Below, piece by piece: positions 10,326 to 20,809 of a stretch of 64,000 nucleotides of DNA (positions are counted from its first letter, which is position 1; each line of letters starts with the position of its first letter). The translations under genes and the position numbers were made by a program. The DNA is taken from the IMG/VR virus record IMGVR_UViG_3300003430_000799; one strand, 5' to 3'. The notes beneath the pieces were generated by a model. That model did not search any database. It was not told the DNA's origin and saw only the letters and a list, made by a program, of their open reading frames with translations. Source of the DNA: a virus.

Positions 10326-10628
10326 TTACTCTTCAAAATTTTTAATGTATTTTTTTATTGTTTGTCTTCTAACTTTATCAGAAACATCAGGAAAATTGTC
10401 TATAATTTCCAAATCAATTAAATCAACTAATCTTTTAACATTATTTTTGACAGGAATACCTTTATCGTCAACCATAATCTTATATTTTCCAAGAAAAGAT
10501 ATAAAATCTTCAGGTACTTCAATAACTCTATAATTACGTCTTATATAACGTAAAATCCTATCGTCAGCTTCTGAATACTTACTCAGTATATCATCTTTTT
10601 CTTCTTCAGTTATAATTAGTCTTTTCAT
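10326..10628 (-). CDS. Hypothetical protein with MKRLIITEEE leader
   Basis: Leader family; TATTTAT at 10635-10641. Confidence 0.8.
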   Translation of the reverse strand: MKRLIITEEEKDDILSKYSEADDRILRYIRRNYRVIEVPEDFISFLGKYKIMVDDKGIPVKNNVKRLVDLIDLEIIDNFPDVSDKVRRQTIKKYIKNFEE

Positions 10629-10676
10629 ATTTATATAAATATAGTATTTTAATACAAATTAAATCATTTTTTTTTA

Positions 10677-10949
10677 ATGCACAAAACAATTCACTTTTTA
10701 ATTAATAGAATTTTTAATTCTGAACTAGAACTTCTATATGGGGTGGGTAGTAATGTAGAAATACAAGACTTATTCTTTAGCACAAATAAAAAAATATATA
10801 TTATTCGGTGTAAATTATTTATTGGGGATTCAAAATTATATGAAGAAATTGGTCAAGATGGTTTAAATTTTATTGTTGAGGAAGCTTGGGAGTTTATGGG
10901 ATTTTATAATAAAAAATTTATGTTACAAATATCATTCGAATTGACTTAA
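10677..10949 (+). CDS. Hypothetical protein
   Basis: 90-aa ORF. Confidence 0.65.
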   Translation: MHKTIHFLINRIFNSELELLYGVGSNVEIQDLFFSTNKKIYIIRCKLFIGDSKLYEEIGQDGLNFIVEEAWEFMGFYNKKFMLQISFELT

Positions 10950-10989
10950 CGAATTTATATTATTATTGTTTCATTAAAATATTAATAAA

Positions 10990-11415
10990 ATGAAAAAAGT
11001 ACAAAATGGTGACACCATTACAGTCAATTATACAGGTAGATTATCTGATGGAACAATTTTTGATTCTTCATTAAATGAAGGTCGTGAACCTTTGGTTTCA
11101 ACTTTAGGTCAAAATCAATTAATCAAAGGATTTGAACAAGGATTAATGGAGATGAGTGTTGGTGATAAAAAAACAATCGAAATTGAACCAAATGATGCTT
11201 ATGGTGACTATGACCCTGAAAGAATTACTACAATCAGTAAATCTCAAGTCCCTCAAGATGTTAAAGTTGGTGAAACTTTACAAGGGATGAGTTCACAAGG
11301 TCCTATAATCGTGAAAATTTTGGATATAAATGAATCAAGTGTTGTTATAGATGCTAATCATCCATTAGCTGGTCAAAAACTAATATTTGATTTGGAATTA
11401 ATTGGTATCTCTTAA
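10990..11415 (+). CDS. FKBP-type peptidyl-prolyl isomerase (SlyD/SlpA-like, no His tail)
   Basis: VNYTGRLSDGTIFDSS, LIKGFEQGL, DAYG, DANHPLAG. Confidence 0.92.
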   Translation: MKKVQNGDTITVNYTGRLSDGTIFDSSLNEGREPLVSTLGQNQLIKGFEQGLMEMSVGDKKTIEIEPNDAYGDYDPERITTISKSQVPQDVKVGETLQGMSSQGPIIVKILDINESSVVIDANHPLAGQKLIFDLELIGIS

Positions 11416-11458
11416 GATACCAATTAATTTTTCTGATATTTATAAAGAAATTATTTTA

Positions 11459-12757
11459 ATGAAACGATTAATTATATCAGAATCAGAACGAAAAAATATA
11501 AGAAAACTTTATAAATTAGATGAGGTGGATTCAAAAAAATTCGCAAGTGATTTTTTGAATTATGCTAAGTCATTAGCCAATCAACAAAATCAATCAAGTG
11601 AAAGTGGAGGATTATCATCAACAAGTTCTTCAAGTTCTTCAAGTTCTTCAAGTGAATCTTTAGGTCAAAGTGGTAGTGTTGCCGCTGGTGAATATTTTAA
11701 ACATCCTAATGCCGATAGTATAACTTTAAAGTCATATCCATCAGCTATACCACTTAATGCCGATGCAGAAAAACTTTTAAAAAGTATATTTGCTGAAGCT
11801 GGTACACCTGATTTAACATATACAAGTACACTTAGAACTTATGAAGACCAAGCAAGAGCAAATTCACAAAACAGAAGGGTTGATATATTAAATTGGTACG
11901 GTAATGAGGTTGTCCAAGCTTGGGACAAGCTAAAAGCAAATCAAATGACACAGCAACAATTTGCTGATTTTTTAAGAGAGAGAGACAAACGTACTGGAAA
12001 ACTTATGAGTAACCACTTATCTGGTTTTGCAATTGATATTACACCATATAGTGAAAAATTTGCATCTACAGCTGAAAAATTAATGAACCAAGGTAACTCA
12101 GGGATTAGAAAAGTTCTAAGAGAAAAAGGAAATAATGCTGTACACATTGAATTTAATTTTAATGTAACTGATAAAGGTGGTATTTCATCACCAGGTAGCA
12201 GTTCAAAACAAGGTGAAAAAAAATCTGATAAAGCAATTTCTAAACAAGGAATTATTATTGATAAGAATGTTGATTCTTCTGATTATGCTATTGTTTTTGG
12301 TGGTTACCCTAGCACCCAATTTGGTGCTCAATTTATGCAACAACAAGGTAGTAATTACTTGAAAAATAAAAACGTTGCGTATAGTAATTTTGAGAATTCA
12401 TTGGATAGTGTTATAAACTATATCAAATCAACTGACCCTAATGCTAAAATTAGTTCTGTGAGTGGTTTTTCTGCTGGTGGTAAAAATGCTTGGGCTGCAG
12501 CTAAACAAGGATATAAAGCAGGACTTATAGACCCTATAGTTACTTCTGATACTATGTCTTTATTAGGAAACGATTTAACTGGAACTTTACCACAGAATGT
12601 TAAAATGGTATCAAGACAAGAGAATTGGGGTGGTCAATACAGAAAACATGGTGATAGTTTAAGTAAAATTGAAAAAACTCAACCAGATATAAGAAGAAAT
12701 GTTAGTCACTCACAAATGCCAGCACAATTCTTTTCAGAATTTGCATCATTTGTTTAA
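11459..12757 (+). CDS. Leader + Ser-rich linker + M15-like Zn peptidase + alpha/beta-hydrolase-like domain
   Basis: TSTLRTYEDQ...SNHLSGFAIDI...VHIEF (M15/LAS fold); SGFSAGG nucleophile elbow, IDP, SH; start reassigned to 11459. Confidence 0.7.
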   Translation: MKRLIISESERKNIRKLYKLDEVDSKKFASDFLNYAKSLANQQNQSSESGGLSSTSSSSSSSSSSESLGQSGSVAAGEYFKHPNADSITLKSYPSAIPLNADAEKLLKSIFAEAGTPDLTYTSTLRTYEDQARANSQNRRVDILNWYGNEVVQAWDKLKANQMTQQQFADFLRERDKRTGKLMSNHLSGFAIDITPYSEKFASTAEKLMNQGNSGIRKVLREKGNNAVHIEFNFNVTDKGGISSPGSSSKQGEKKSDKAISKQGIIIDKNVDSSDYAIVFGGYPSTQFGAQFMQQQGSNYLKNKNVAYSNFENSLDSVINYIKSTDPNAKISSVSGFSAGGKNAWAAAKQGYKAGLIDPIVTSDTMSLLGNDLTGTLPQNVKMVSRQENWGGQYRKHGDSLSKIEKTQPDIRRNVSHSQMPAQFFSEFASFV

Positions 12758-13147
12758 TTACTCATACATCATATATTCCTTTTCAGGATGTAATTTTTCA
12801 AATATTTTAAGTAACTTAGCTGCAATTGAATTAGCTTCATCTTCATTTATTCCCCCAATATCGGGACCATTACTTCTACCTAAAACTCCCAATTGGTATT
12901 CGTGTATCCATTCGTGAGCTAGAGTTCTTAAAATGTCTCTAACCATTCTTTTTTTACCTAATACTTTAATTTCTCCTTTATTATTTCTAGAACCTGTAGT
13001 CATATTCCCTAATCTCTTAGATAAAAATATGATTTTAATGTCTTGTTGTATTGGGTAATTCTTATTCAAGAACTTTATAAATTCATGAATGTATTTGTGT
13101 TTAGTTTTATCAACACACGAATCTTTATATTCTACTTTAACTTGCAT
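12758..13147 (-). CDS. HExxH zinc-metallopeptidase-like protein
   Basis: TLAHEWIHEYQ...NEDEAN. Confidence 0.7.
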   Translation of the reverse strand: MQVKVEYKDSCVDKTKHKYIHEFIKFLNKNYPIQQDIKIIFLSKRLGNMTTGSRNNKGEIKVLGKKRMVRDILRTLAHEWIHEYQLGVLGRSNGPDIGGINEDEANSIAAKLLKIFEKLHPEKEYMMYE

Positions 13148-13206
13148 ATTAAATAAATATAAGTTATTTTAATTATCATCAAATATTTATAAATAAAAGA
13201 AATAAA

Positions 13207-14034
13207 ATGAGACTAATAATTAGTGAACAAGAAAAAATTCAAATAAAAAAACTATATAATTTAACCGAATTAGATTCAAAACAATTTGCTAAGGACTTTT
13301 TAGATTATGCAATGGATTTAGCTAAAAAATCTGAATCAAGTTCTGATGGTAGTAACAATAGTACGACAGATTATTCATCCTCTACAGATAGTGGTGGTGG
13401 AAGTGGTACTTCTTCTGATTTTATTGAAATAACTAAAAAAGTTATACAAAAATTTGAAGGTGGTTATTGGAATCCTGAATGTGCCAAATATCCAGGTACT
13501 AAACATCCAAGAAAAGAAGGTGCTTATAGTAGGTCAGGTGAAACTATGTTTGGTATTGATAGAGTGGCGGGAAATATTGAAGGAAATAGTGTTACAGCAC
13601 AAGAAGGTAAAGAATTTTTTGGACTTATTGATAAGGAAAAAGAAAAAATGGGTATGGAAAGTTTTTGTAATAAATGGAAATGGAATTATGATGGTGGTGA
13701 ATTAAGACCTCAACTCCTTGAACTAGGAGCAAAATTGATGAAAAAATTATACGATTCTAATGCCAAGAGTTTCTTTAAAGGTGATACTCAAAAAGTTGTT
13801 GAAAGTAGTAGACCATTAATGTTACATTTTTCATACGCAACTTGGAATGGTCCTGGTTTCTTTCAGGGTTTCGCTAAAAGAATTAATCAAGGTGTAAAAG
13901 ATGGATTATCTATTCGTGAACTTGTTAAAATAGCCAAAGAAGACCGTACAAATAAATTTGCTGGTACTTTTTGGGCTAAAGGAACAGAAAAAGTAAATGC
14001 AGCAATTGATGATGAAGCAGGATATAGTGCTTAG
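13207..14034 (+). CDS. Leader + linker + GH108-like lysozyme
   Basis: KFEGGY...GETMFGID; N-terminal ~35 aa paralogous to the 11459 gene. Confidence 0.65.
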   Translation: MRLIISEQEKIQIKKLYNLTELDSKQFAKDFLDYAMDLAKKSESSSDGSNNSTTDYSSSTDSGGGSGTSSDFIEITKKVIQKFEGGYWNPECAKYPGTKHPRKEGAYSRSGETMFGIDRVAGNIEGNSVTAQEGKEFFGLIDKEKEKMGMESFCNKWKWNYDGGELRPQLLELGAKLMKKLYDSNAKSFFKGDTQKVVESSRPLMLHFSYATWNGPGFFQGFAKRINQGVKDGLSIRELVKIAKEDRTNKFAGTFWAKGTEKVNAAIDDEAGYSA

Positions 14035-14037
14035 ATA

Positions 14038-14382
14038 TTATTTTTTATCCTCAATTTCATCATAACAAAATAATTGACTATTATCTTTAGTTAAATAATA
14101 TTGATACCCCTCAATTTCTTTTTTTTGGGATATTATTTCTGTAGGTATTTTCATCTTACTACATAATTTATTTTTGTTTTCAGGGGTTTTAAAATCCTCC
14201 ACAGATTTAATTTCAAAAGGTTTTGTTTCCCCACTTGATGGAGGTGGTGTTCCTGTAGATGGTGGTATAGGAACAGGTGCAGGAGGTGGTGCTGGAGGTG
14301 GTACAGGACCTTGTTCCAATATGTATTTTTTCTCTAATAATATATTTCTTTCTTGAATTAATTTAGTTTTTCTATAAGACAT
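14038..14382 (-). CDS. Proline-rich hypothetical protein
   Basis: PPPAPPPAP linker; TATTTAT upstream. Confidence 0.75.
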   Translation of the reverse strand: MSYRKTKLIQERNILLEKKYILEQGPVPPPAPPPAPVPIPPSTGTPPPSSGETKPFEIKSVEDFKTPENKNKLCSKMKIPTEIISQKKEIEGYQYYLTKDNSQLFCYDEIEDKK

Positions 14383-14448
14383 AATACTTTTTTATAATAA
14401 ATATTTTATAAAAACAAAACACATCTAAAAAGATGTGTTTTTGTGTTA

Positions 14449-14634
14449 TTAACTAAATAACTTTTTAACCTTTTCCATCACTTCTCTTTGTTTATTCTCC
14501 AATTCTTGGATTTTTAACCTTTGCTCTCGATTCAAGTCTAAACTATCTCCCTTTATTCTATTTATTTCGTTGAAATATTTAGTATGTTCATTTAATAGTG
14601 AACCATAAACTTGAGCTTTTTGTTCGTCATTCAT
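14449..14634 (-). CDS. Small coiled-coil hypothetical protein
   Basis: 61-aa ORF followed by a terminator (14416-14441). Confidence 0.7.
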   Translation of the reverse strand: MNDEQKAQVYGSLLNEHTKYFNEINRIKGDSLDLNREQRLKIQELENKQREVMEKVKKLFS

Positions 14635-14648
14635 AATTTTATTTTTTT

Positions 14649-15140
14649 ATGCAATTTATCAAGAAATATGAATTTTATATCAAATTCTTTGTGATTATAT
14701 TATCAATTATACAACCTTTTATTCTTTTGTCAATATGTGGTGAATTATGGTCAATATCAAGTTATTGGAAAACACCTTTACAACCCCTTTTTATTTTAGT
14801 AAACGCAGCCACAAGTTATTTCTTTTTTAGTACTGACAAATGGCAAATACCTTCATTTTTTTTATTACTCCTGACTGCGTTTTCAATAGAACTTTATCCC
14901 ATTACTCATAACATTTTCGCGGGACTTTTTTTTCTCTCATGTTCTTATCCCTTATTAACACTTAAACGATTCCGATTATTTACGGTTTTTTATCTAATGT
15001 CTATCCTTATTTTATTATCATCAGGTATGTTGTGGTTTGAAATTTATTGTGTTTTAATACTGGGGTCATACCATCTGACAATCTTATTATATAAACATTA
15101 CTTGGATAAATTAAGAGAATATAATCATCACAAATTATAG
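14649..15140 (+). CDS. Polytopic membrane protein
   Basis: 5-6 hydrophobic segments. Confidence 0.75.
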   Translation: MQFIKKYEFYIKFFVIILSIIQPFILLSICGELWSISSYWKTPLQPLFILVNAATSYFFFSTDKWQIPSFFLLLLTAFSIELYPITHNIFAGLFFLSCSYPLLTLKRFRLFTVFYLMSILILLSSGMLWFEIYCVLILGSYHLTILLYKHYLDKLREYNHHKL

Positions 15141-15766
15141 GTTTTTTCCTCCATTCTCAACTTGTAATTATCAACATATTCATCATATCTCCATAACTCA
15201 TAATATTCGATTACAGAACCAATGTGAGCCCAATACCCCACACCTCCGTAACCTTTACAATTTTTTACCCAAAATTTCCAATCTTTACCAATAAAATTAG
15301 GATAAAATTTGTGTAAAAAATCAGCATGGTCAGAAAATGAATGTTCGAAATTATCGTATTTTCTCCATTTAATACCACCTGGTGATTCCCAATAATCTCC
15401 ATTATATAAAGTTTCATAATACTTCATACCAAAAAGATTATTTGCTTTCAAAGCAAGTTCTGATTTACCACCACCACTTTCAGCTATTGCTTGTGCCAAT
15501 TGAATACTTGCAGGGATACCACACTCAATATGGTATAATATCGCAACTTTTAGATACTCCTTACAAAAATTGGTGAAAGGGTGGTTGTTTTTGATGTTCG
15601 CATTTACCGAGAAACTAATTGCTGTAACATCTCTGTGAACTAAATTTTCATCTTCCGAAGAAACTGAAATGTTTTGTGATTTATTTAAATTTGTAAATAC
15701 TAATATAAACCACAAAATGATTACAATTACTTTTTTCATTTTGTTTTTTGTTTTGTAAAACCACAT
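15128..15766 (-). CDS. GH73 glucosaminidase (FlgJ-like) with N-terminal signal/anchor
   Basis: IPASIQLAQAIAESGGG, ANNLFGMK, WRKY, GY. Confidence 0.88.
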   Translation of the reverse strand: MWFYKTKNKMKKVIVIILWFILVFTNLNKSQNISVSSEDENLVHRDVTAISFSVNANIKNNHPFTNFCKEYLKVAILYHIECGIPASIQLAQAIAESGGGKSELALKANNLFGMKYYETLYNGDYWESPGGIKWRKYDNFEHSFSDHADFLHKFYPNFIGKDWKFWVKNCKGYGGVGYWAHIGSVIEYYELWRYDEYVDNYKLRMEEKTYNL

Positions 15767-15863
15767 TTAGTTTTACCCCATTACATAATAAATATATCAG
15801 AAGAATAGTTAAAGACTTGATTGATATAATTTTTGGTTTTACTTAGTCTTTTTTTGATTATAC

Positions 15864-16316
15864 CTACTTGTTAGCAAATCTATCCAAAATATATTCATCC
15901 AACATCTCCCAATTTTCACGATAATAATCATCATCAGAAATATAAGTTGGTTCGAATTCCCATTCATCAGCTCTACCAGAACTATATTGAATCAATTCTC
16001 CCTCCAATTCAAATATTTCACCATTATCCATTGTTTTTTCTAATCTAACATCATTGCCATCAAATTCAATTGTCGCCTCAAATTCTTTTTCAAATTTTAT
16101 TTCCAATTGAAGATTTTTACCTGAAAATACACTTTTCAAATCATTTTTAATATCGGATTCCAATTCAGCCATATTAGACCAATTTGGTTCACCTTCTAAG
16201 GTTATAGTAATTTTAGACCCTTCTATTTCAATGTCCATAATTTTATCGGAATAGAATCTTTCTAAATACTTTTTTATTGCTCCCTCAAGTTGAGATTCAT
16301 TAATTAATATTTTCAT
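15864..16316 (-). CDS. Acidic hypothetical protein, MKILINESQL leader
   Basis: Leader family. Confidence 0.8.
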   Translation of the reverse strand: MKILINESQLEGAIKKYLERFYSDKIMDIEIEGSKITITLEGEPNWSNMAELESDIKNDLKSVFSGKNLQLEIKFEKEFEATIEFDGNDVRLEKTMDNGEIFELEGELIQYSSGRADEWEFEPTYISDDDYYRENWEMLDEYILDRFANK

Positions 16317-16774
16317 TTCTTACAATTTTCAATAAATTTATTTTTGATAATATCACCATAATTTTCAATTAAATAATTTGACACCAAAAAAACAACATTC
16401 TCAAATTCAACACTATCGTCATCTAATATATCCTGAAAATGGTTGTAATATAAGAAGTCAAGAATTGCTTCTTCAACTACATTGAGAAATTTGTCAGGTG
16501 TTTCATATCGTTCACAATACAAATCCTTATTTTTCTCAAAATCATAGATTCTATCAAGTTTATCATCCATATAATCTTCGATAAGTTTTTTTGCCTTATC
16601 ATCATCAAATGGAATTTCAAATTTATTAATAAAATCCTTATAATCCATACCTAACATTCTTGACGTATCCATAATACCATCCTCGTTAGCTTTCTGTCTT
16701 ATCAAATTTTTAGTCCTCTCAACTTTATCTTCAGTTAGTTTTTTTAATTGTGACTCAGTTATTATAATTTTCAT
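16313..16774 (-). CDS. Acidic hypothetical protein, MKIIITESQL leader
   Basis: Leader family; shares the GIMDTSRMLG module. Confidence 0.8.
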   Translation of the reverse strand: MKIIITESQLKKLTEDKVERTKNLIRQKANEDGIMDTSRMLGMDYKDFINKFEIPFDDDKAKKLIEDYMDDKLDRIYDFEKNKDLYCERYETPDKFLNVVEEAILDFLYYNHFQDILDDDSVEFENVVFLVSNYLIENYGDIIKNKFIENCKK

Positions 16775-16780
16775 AATTCT

Positions 16781-17254
16781 TTATATTGAATAGTATATAT
16801 TTTGAGATGGTTTATTAACAAAATAATGTATGTTAATATAACATTTATTTTTGAATTTATTTAAATCAGTATCTTCAAATCTATAAAACAAACAAAAATC
16901 ATCAGGTAAATTTGAATATAATTCTTCCAATTTTTCTTTGATTTTATTTGTCTCAACTAAATTATTCAAGTTATTATTATATGCCATTGACAAAATATAT
17001 GATGAGTCAACTATTTTATCTGATTTCCATAAATCAATCCAATAATCCGAAAACTCAACATTATAATATTCTCCAGCCTTTTCAAGGTCAACTATCAAGT
17101 TAATAAAAATAACATTGTAATACTCATCCCAAATTTGACTTAATTCCCAACCTGTTACAAATGGAAATTTTTTGGCCAATGCTTTAACAACCAAATTAAT
17201 TCCCTTCATCTCCATCTCACCAAATTCTCCAATTCTATATCCTTCTTTTCTCAT
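16781..17254 (-). CDS. Hypothetical protein
   Basis: 157-aa ORF. Confidence 0.75.
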   Translation of the reverse strand: MRKEGYRIGEFGEMEMKGINLVVKALAKKFPFVTGWELSQIWDEYYNVIFINLIVDLEKAGEYYNVEFSDYWIDLWKSDKIVDSSYILSMAYNNNLNNLVETNKIKEKLEELYSNLPDDFCLFYRFEDTDLNKFKNKCYINIHYFVNKPSQNIYYSI

Positions 17255-17349
17255 TGTATCTAATTTTACTATAAATATAACACAATATTCTTATAAATAA
17301 AAATCCCCACCATAATATTATATGATGGGGATATAATTATGATTTTAAA

Positions 17350-17595
17350 TTAATAATCTTCATCTTCCATTTCATCCTCTTCTTCTTCATCTGAATCCAT
17401 ATCTAAGTAATATTCTTCTTCATCTTCCATTTCATCCTCTTCTTCTTCATCTTGTTCAAGTAGAGGTTTTACATTTCCAAGTTTTGAATTTATAAACTTG
17501 TTAAATTTTTTTGTTTCAATAATTAAGGAATCATTATATTGTCCTAATATTCTTTGTTTTTCAGAATCTGATAGTTCGTTTAATAAATGTTTCAT
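17350..17595 (-). CDS. Small protein with duplicated acidic tail
   Basis: DEEEEDEMEDE occurs twice (about 36-bp direct repeat, 60-bp period). Confidence 0.75.
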   Translation of the reverse strand: MKHLLNELSDSEKQRILGQYNDSLIIETKKFNKFINSKLGNVKPLLEQDEEEEDEMEDEEEYYLDMDSDEEEEDEMEDEDY

Positions 17596-17600
17596 AGTTT

Positions 17601-17720
17601 TTATTTTTTAATTGTTAATTCTTTTATTACCTCCATATTATTTTTAATCCTTTTGAATGTTTTCTTGGAGGATTTTTTACTCTTAATGTAAACTCTAGAT
17701 TTTCTTATATTTTTTGCCAT
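17601..17720 (-). CDS. Small basic protein, 39 aa (below ORF-track cutoff)
   Basis: MAKNIRKSRVYIKSKKSSKKTFKRIKNNMEVIKELTIKK; TATTTATA about 10 nt upstream; fills the gap between genes. Confidence 0.65.
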   Translation of the reverse strand: MAKNIRKSRVYIKSKKSSKKTFKRIKNNMEVIKELTIKK

Positions 17721-17751
17721 TTTTTTATTTATAAATATATTAATACAAATA

Positions 17752-17789
17752 AAAAATCCCCACTCTAATTAAAGAATGGGGATTTTTTT
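17752..17789. terminator. Member of the ATCCCCA-N-TGGGGAT terminator family (also about 17302, 19041, 20921)
   Basis: Related hairpins between minus-strand genes. Confidence 0.75.
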
Positions 17790-18210
17790 ATAACAAACTT
17801 TTATCGAAATAAAAACGAATACCAAAGCCAGCACGCACCAATTTATCTCTTGGTTCACCTTCAAAAACAATATTATTTTTACCAAAATGATATCCACCTT
17901 CAGAAGTCACACACACCTTCATCAAATCTTCATCATTGTATTTTATTACAATTATTTTTGTTCCCCAATTTTCACCATATTCATCACCCTCATCACTTTC
18001 CAATTCTTCTACTTCTGAAGTTATTTCTTCATCCATATTTAATAATTCTTTTACTTTGTCTTCTAATGAATATCGACTGATATGGTCAACATTACCTTCA
18101 ATCCAATCATCCAACTCAGTTATCACTTCATCAATATCATAGGATTCTTTAATTATTCTTTTAACCAATTTACTTAAGTCAGATTCAGTTAATTTTACTA
18201 TTCTTTTCAT
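17788..18210 (-). CDS. Acidic hypothetical protein, MKRIVKLTESDL leader
   Basis: Start reassigned to 18210. Confidence 0.8.
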   Translation of the reverse strand: MKRIVKLTESDLSKLVKRIIKESYDIDEVITELDDWIEGNVDHISRYSLEDKVKELLNMDEEITSEVEELESDEGDEYGENWGTKIIVIKYNDEDLMKVCVTSEGGYHFGKNNIVFEGEPRDKLVRAGFGIRFYFDKSLL

Positions 18211-18247
18211 TGTTTTTTTTATTAATTTATTAATAATAATAAATATA

Positions 18248-19009
18248 TCAAGAATTAAATAAATCAATTTCAGCTTGTCTTCGATTTGATACGCCTTGAG
18301 TTCCAATTGTATTATATGTTTTAATTAATTCAGCCGCCTTCTTATCATTTCCCTTTTTTAATTCTTGAAGAAATGCGGACTTCCTAACATTACCAATCCC
18401 AGAATTAAATGATAATGATACCAAAGCATCAAATTGCCCTTGTGTCACCATATACCCAGGAATTTTTTTATCCTTCCAACCCTTCAATATCTTTCGAATA
18501 TAATTTGCGTTCTCTCTAACATCTAAAACCAATAAATCATCCGCTTCTTTTTTACTCTTTAATACATCAGTCGGTTTAACATTCTGTGTGTGACCATACC
18601 CTATCGTAACAACACCCACACTATCCTTATATGCCTTATACTTCGGTTCTTTAACCCCACCTACCCTATTCTTTGGGTCACCCTCCCATTCTCTTAAAAA
18701 TGGCCATATTTTTCCACTAACACTCAATGTTGACCCATCTAACTTTTGTTTACCTGTTGATGATGGTTGACTTATTTTTTTTGTGAAATCAATATCCTTT
18801 TTTAAATTAAATGGGTCAGTAACAAAATTCATCATTTTATTATATGAATCACCTGATGTACTTTGACCAGATTTTACATTCTTCTTTTTTGGCTGACCAT
18901 ATACATAATCCATAACCTTATCCCAAGTATTTGTTATACCTTCTTCCATCATAACTTTTTCCACAATTCTAATCAAATCATCCTCGGTCAATCTTATAAT
19001 TTTTTTCAT
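18248..19009 (-). CDS. Leader + GH24 phage lysozyme
   Basis: EWEG...AYKDSVGVVTIGYGHT, QGQFDALVSLSFNSG, RRQAEIDLF. Confidence 0.9.
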   Translation of the reverse strand: MKKIIRLTEDDLIRIVEKVMMEEGITNTWDKVMDYVYGQPKKKNVKSGQSTSGDSYNKMMNFVTDPFNLKKDIDFTKKISQPSSTGKQKLDGSTLSVSGKIWPFLREWEGDPKNRVGGVKEPKYKAYKDSVGVVTIGYGHTQNVKPTDVLKSKKEADDLLVLDVRENANYIRKILKGWKDKKIPGYMVTQGQFDALVSLSFNSGIGNVRKSAFLQELKKGNDKKAAELIKTYNTIGTQGVSNRRQAEIDLFNS

Positions 19010-19077
19010 ATATTTTTTATTTTATAAATATACCAAAAAAAATATCCCCACACTAATTAAAGTATGGGGATATTAAA

Positions 19078-20274
19078 TTATAGTTTTTTCTTAATACGTT
19101 TTGACAATTCCGAAATTAATTCATCCTTGGTCTTTATCTTGGTAACAATTGGTGAGTTCTTACCATGTATTTTTTGATACATCTCCCAATCCCAAATTGA
19201 TTTGTTCTCTTTCATAGTTTTTTGATTTGTTAATTCATATAATCGACCCAATTTCTTAATCATCTTTGTTGCGGTATGTTTCATAAATCTCGCCTCATCA
19301 ATATAAAATCTTTCATAATCATCTTTATATTTTCCAATCTTATGTGAATAAGTGTTAATATAATTATCTTTATCGTCATTTACCATATGTTGAAAGAAAG
19401 GATTGTTCCTCCCTCTTGGATAAATGAAATTAATCATTTGTTCTTGTTTCCAATTCACAAGGTTAATATAAAATAATTCAAGGATACTATCAATAGCATC
19501 ATCTTCAGTATCAACATCCATACCAACCATATTCAAAATCTCATAAACTTGAGGCATATAGTTCTTTAATGATGTCTTTAAATTTTCCAATGAAAATTCT
19601 TTTGCCTCTTTTAATATTTTAAAAATCTCATTATCAACAAAAAAATTATAAAATTCTTTTGCTGTAATCTTTCCAAGATGAATCTCTGCCGCCAATTGTG
19701 TTGGTCTAACCAAATTCTCAATATGGTGAGTATAATATGAAAGAAATAAAAATCTATTCAATGGTCTTACCCCACCAAATCCCCTATTAGCACTAATTTG
19801 ATAATCAACCCTCTTAGGTAAATTTGTCTTATTCTTCTTGAAAGAATCATACGCATGTTTCAACTCATGGGCAATAATTGATATGAAACGATTTTTATTC
19901 TGTTGATAATATTCCAAGAATTCCTTATCCTCGAATTTTTCAGGAACAATAAACTCAATATTAATAATTGTCTCATCCTCTTCCACAAATACTTCCATTT
20001 GGAATTGGTCATTAACCGAAATATGTACACCTTGACCAAAACTTAAAAATGAAAAACTCCCACCTTGAACCTTATGTAACTCAACCTCCAAATTAATTGT
20101 TCTCAATTTCATATCCGAAATTGTATAATCACCAGTTAATATGGTCTTATAACTATTATCAGATTGAATGTCCTTTAAACTAGATAAAAATCTATATATC
20201 TCATCATATAACTTAATCGCACTGGGTATTATATTAACAGGTACTCCCAATGCCTCATTAATCTTTCTTCTCAT
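19078..20274 (-). CDS. HExxH-containing hypothetical protein
   Basis: IAHELKHAYD; N-terminal INE motif. Confidence 0.7.
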   Translation of the reverse strand: MRRKINEALGVPVNIIPSAIKLYDEIYRFLSSLKDIQSDNSYKTILTGDYTISDMKLRTINLEVELHKVQGGSFSFLSFGQGVHISVNDQFQMEVFVEEDETIINIEFIVPEKFEDKEFLEYYQQNKNRFISIIAHELKHAYDSFKKNKTNLPKRVDYQISANRGFGGVRPLNRFLFLSYYTHHIENLVRPTQLAAEIHLGKITAKEFYNFFVDNEIFKILKEAKEFSLENLKTSLKNYMPQVYEILNMVGMDVDTEDDAIDSILELFYINLVNWKQEQMINFIYPRGRNNPFFQHMVNDDKDNYINTYSHKIGKYKDDYERFYIDEARFMKHTATKMIKKLGRLYELTNQKTMKENKSIWDWEMYQKIHGKNSPIVTKIKTKDELISELSKRIKKKL

Positions 20275-20308
20275 AAATTAATTTTAATATAAATATACCA
20301 GTATAAAA

Positions 20309-20809
20309 CTATAATTTAATCGAATTCAAATATTCCATATAATCCCTCAAACCTAGTACATTCACCCCAATCTTCTCATAGTCTTCATATGTCTTTTCGT
20401 AAAACCCTTTTGTGTCCTTTGGTAAACGATTATGTTCACTCTCAGTTAATGTTATTGTCGTACCATACTTCTTCAATATTTTTATAAAATCCTCAACAGT
20501 CATATCAGGATTCTTTTCCAATATAGAAAATATAACCCTACTCGAAAGTGTCCTATTATATAGATGTTCCTCAACATTCCTCTCAAGTTTCTTTAATGCC
20601 CCATCAGATATTAAACCAACCTTAAAAAAACTACAACTTGTAATATCATATATCACACTCCTATTCAATCCACAAAATGTTACACATCGTGGTTCATCAT
20701 CCTTACACTCAATATACAATGGCAAAAGACATTTAAACATCTTTAATACCATATCAATTTTGGTAAATTGAATATCCGTTAATACCTTCTCTTTTTTTGA
20801 CTTACCCAT
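20309..20809 (-). CDS. Hypothetical protein, possible degenerate His-Me nuclease
   Basis: EEHLYNR...LTESEHNRL. Confidence 0.6.
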   Translation of the reverse strand: MGKSKKEKVLTDIQFTKIDMVLKMFKCLLPLYIECKDDEPRCVTFCGLNRSVIYDITSCSFFKVGLISDGALKKLERNVEEHLYNRTLSSRVIFSILEKNPDMTVEDFIKILKKYGTTITLTESEHNRLPKDTKGFYEKTYEDYEKIGVNVLGLRDYMEYLNSIKL

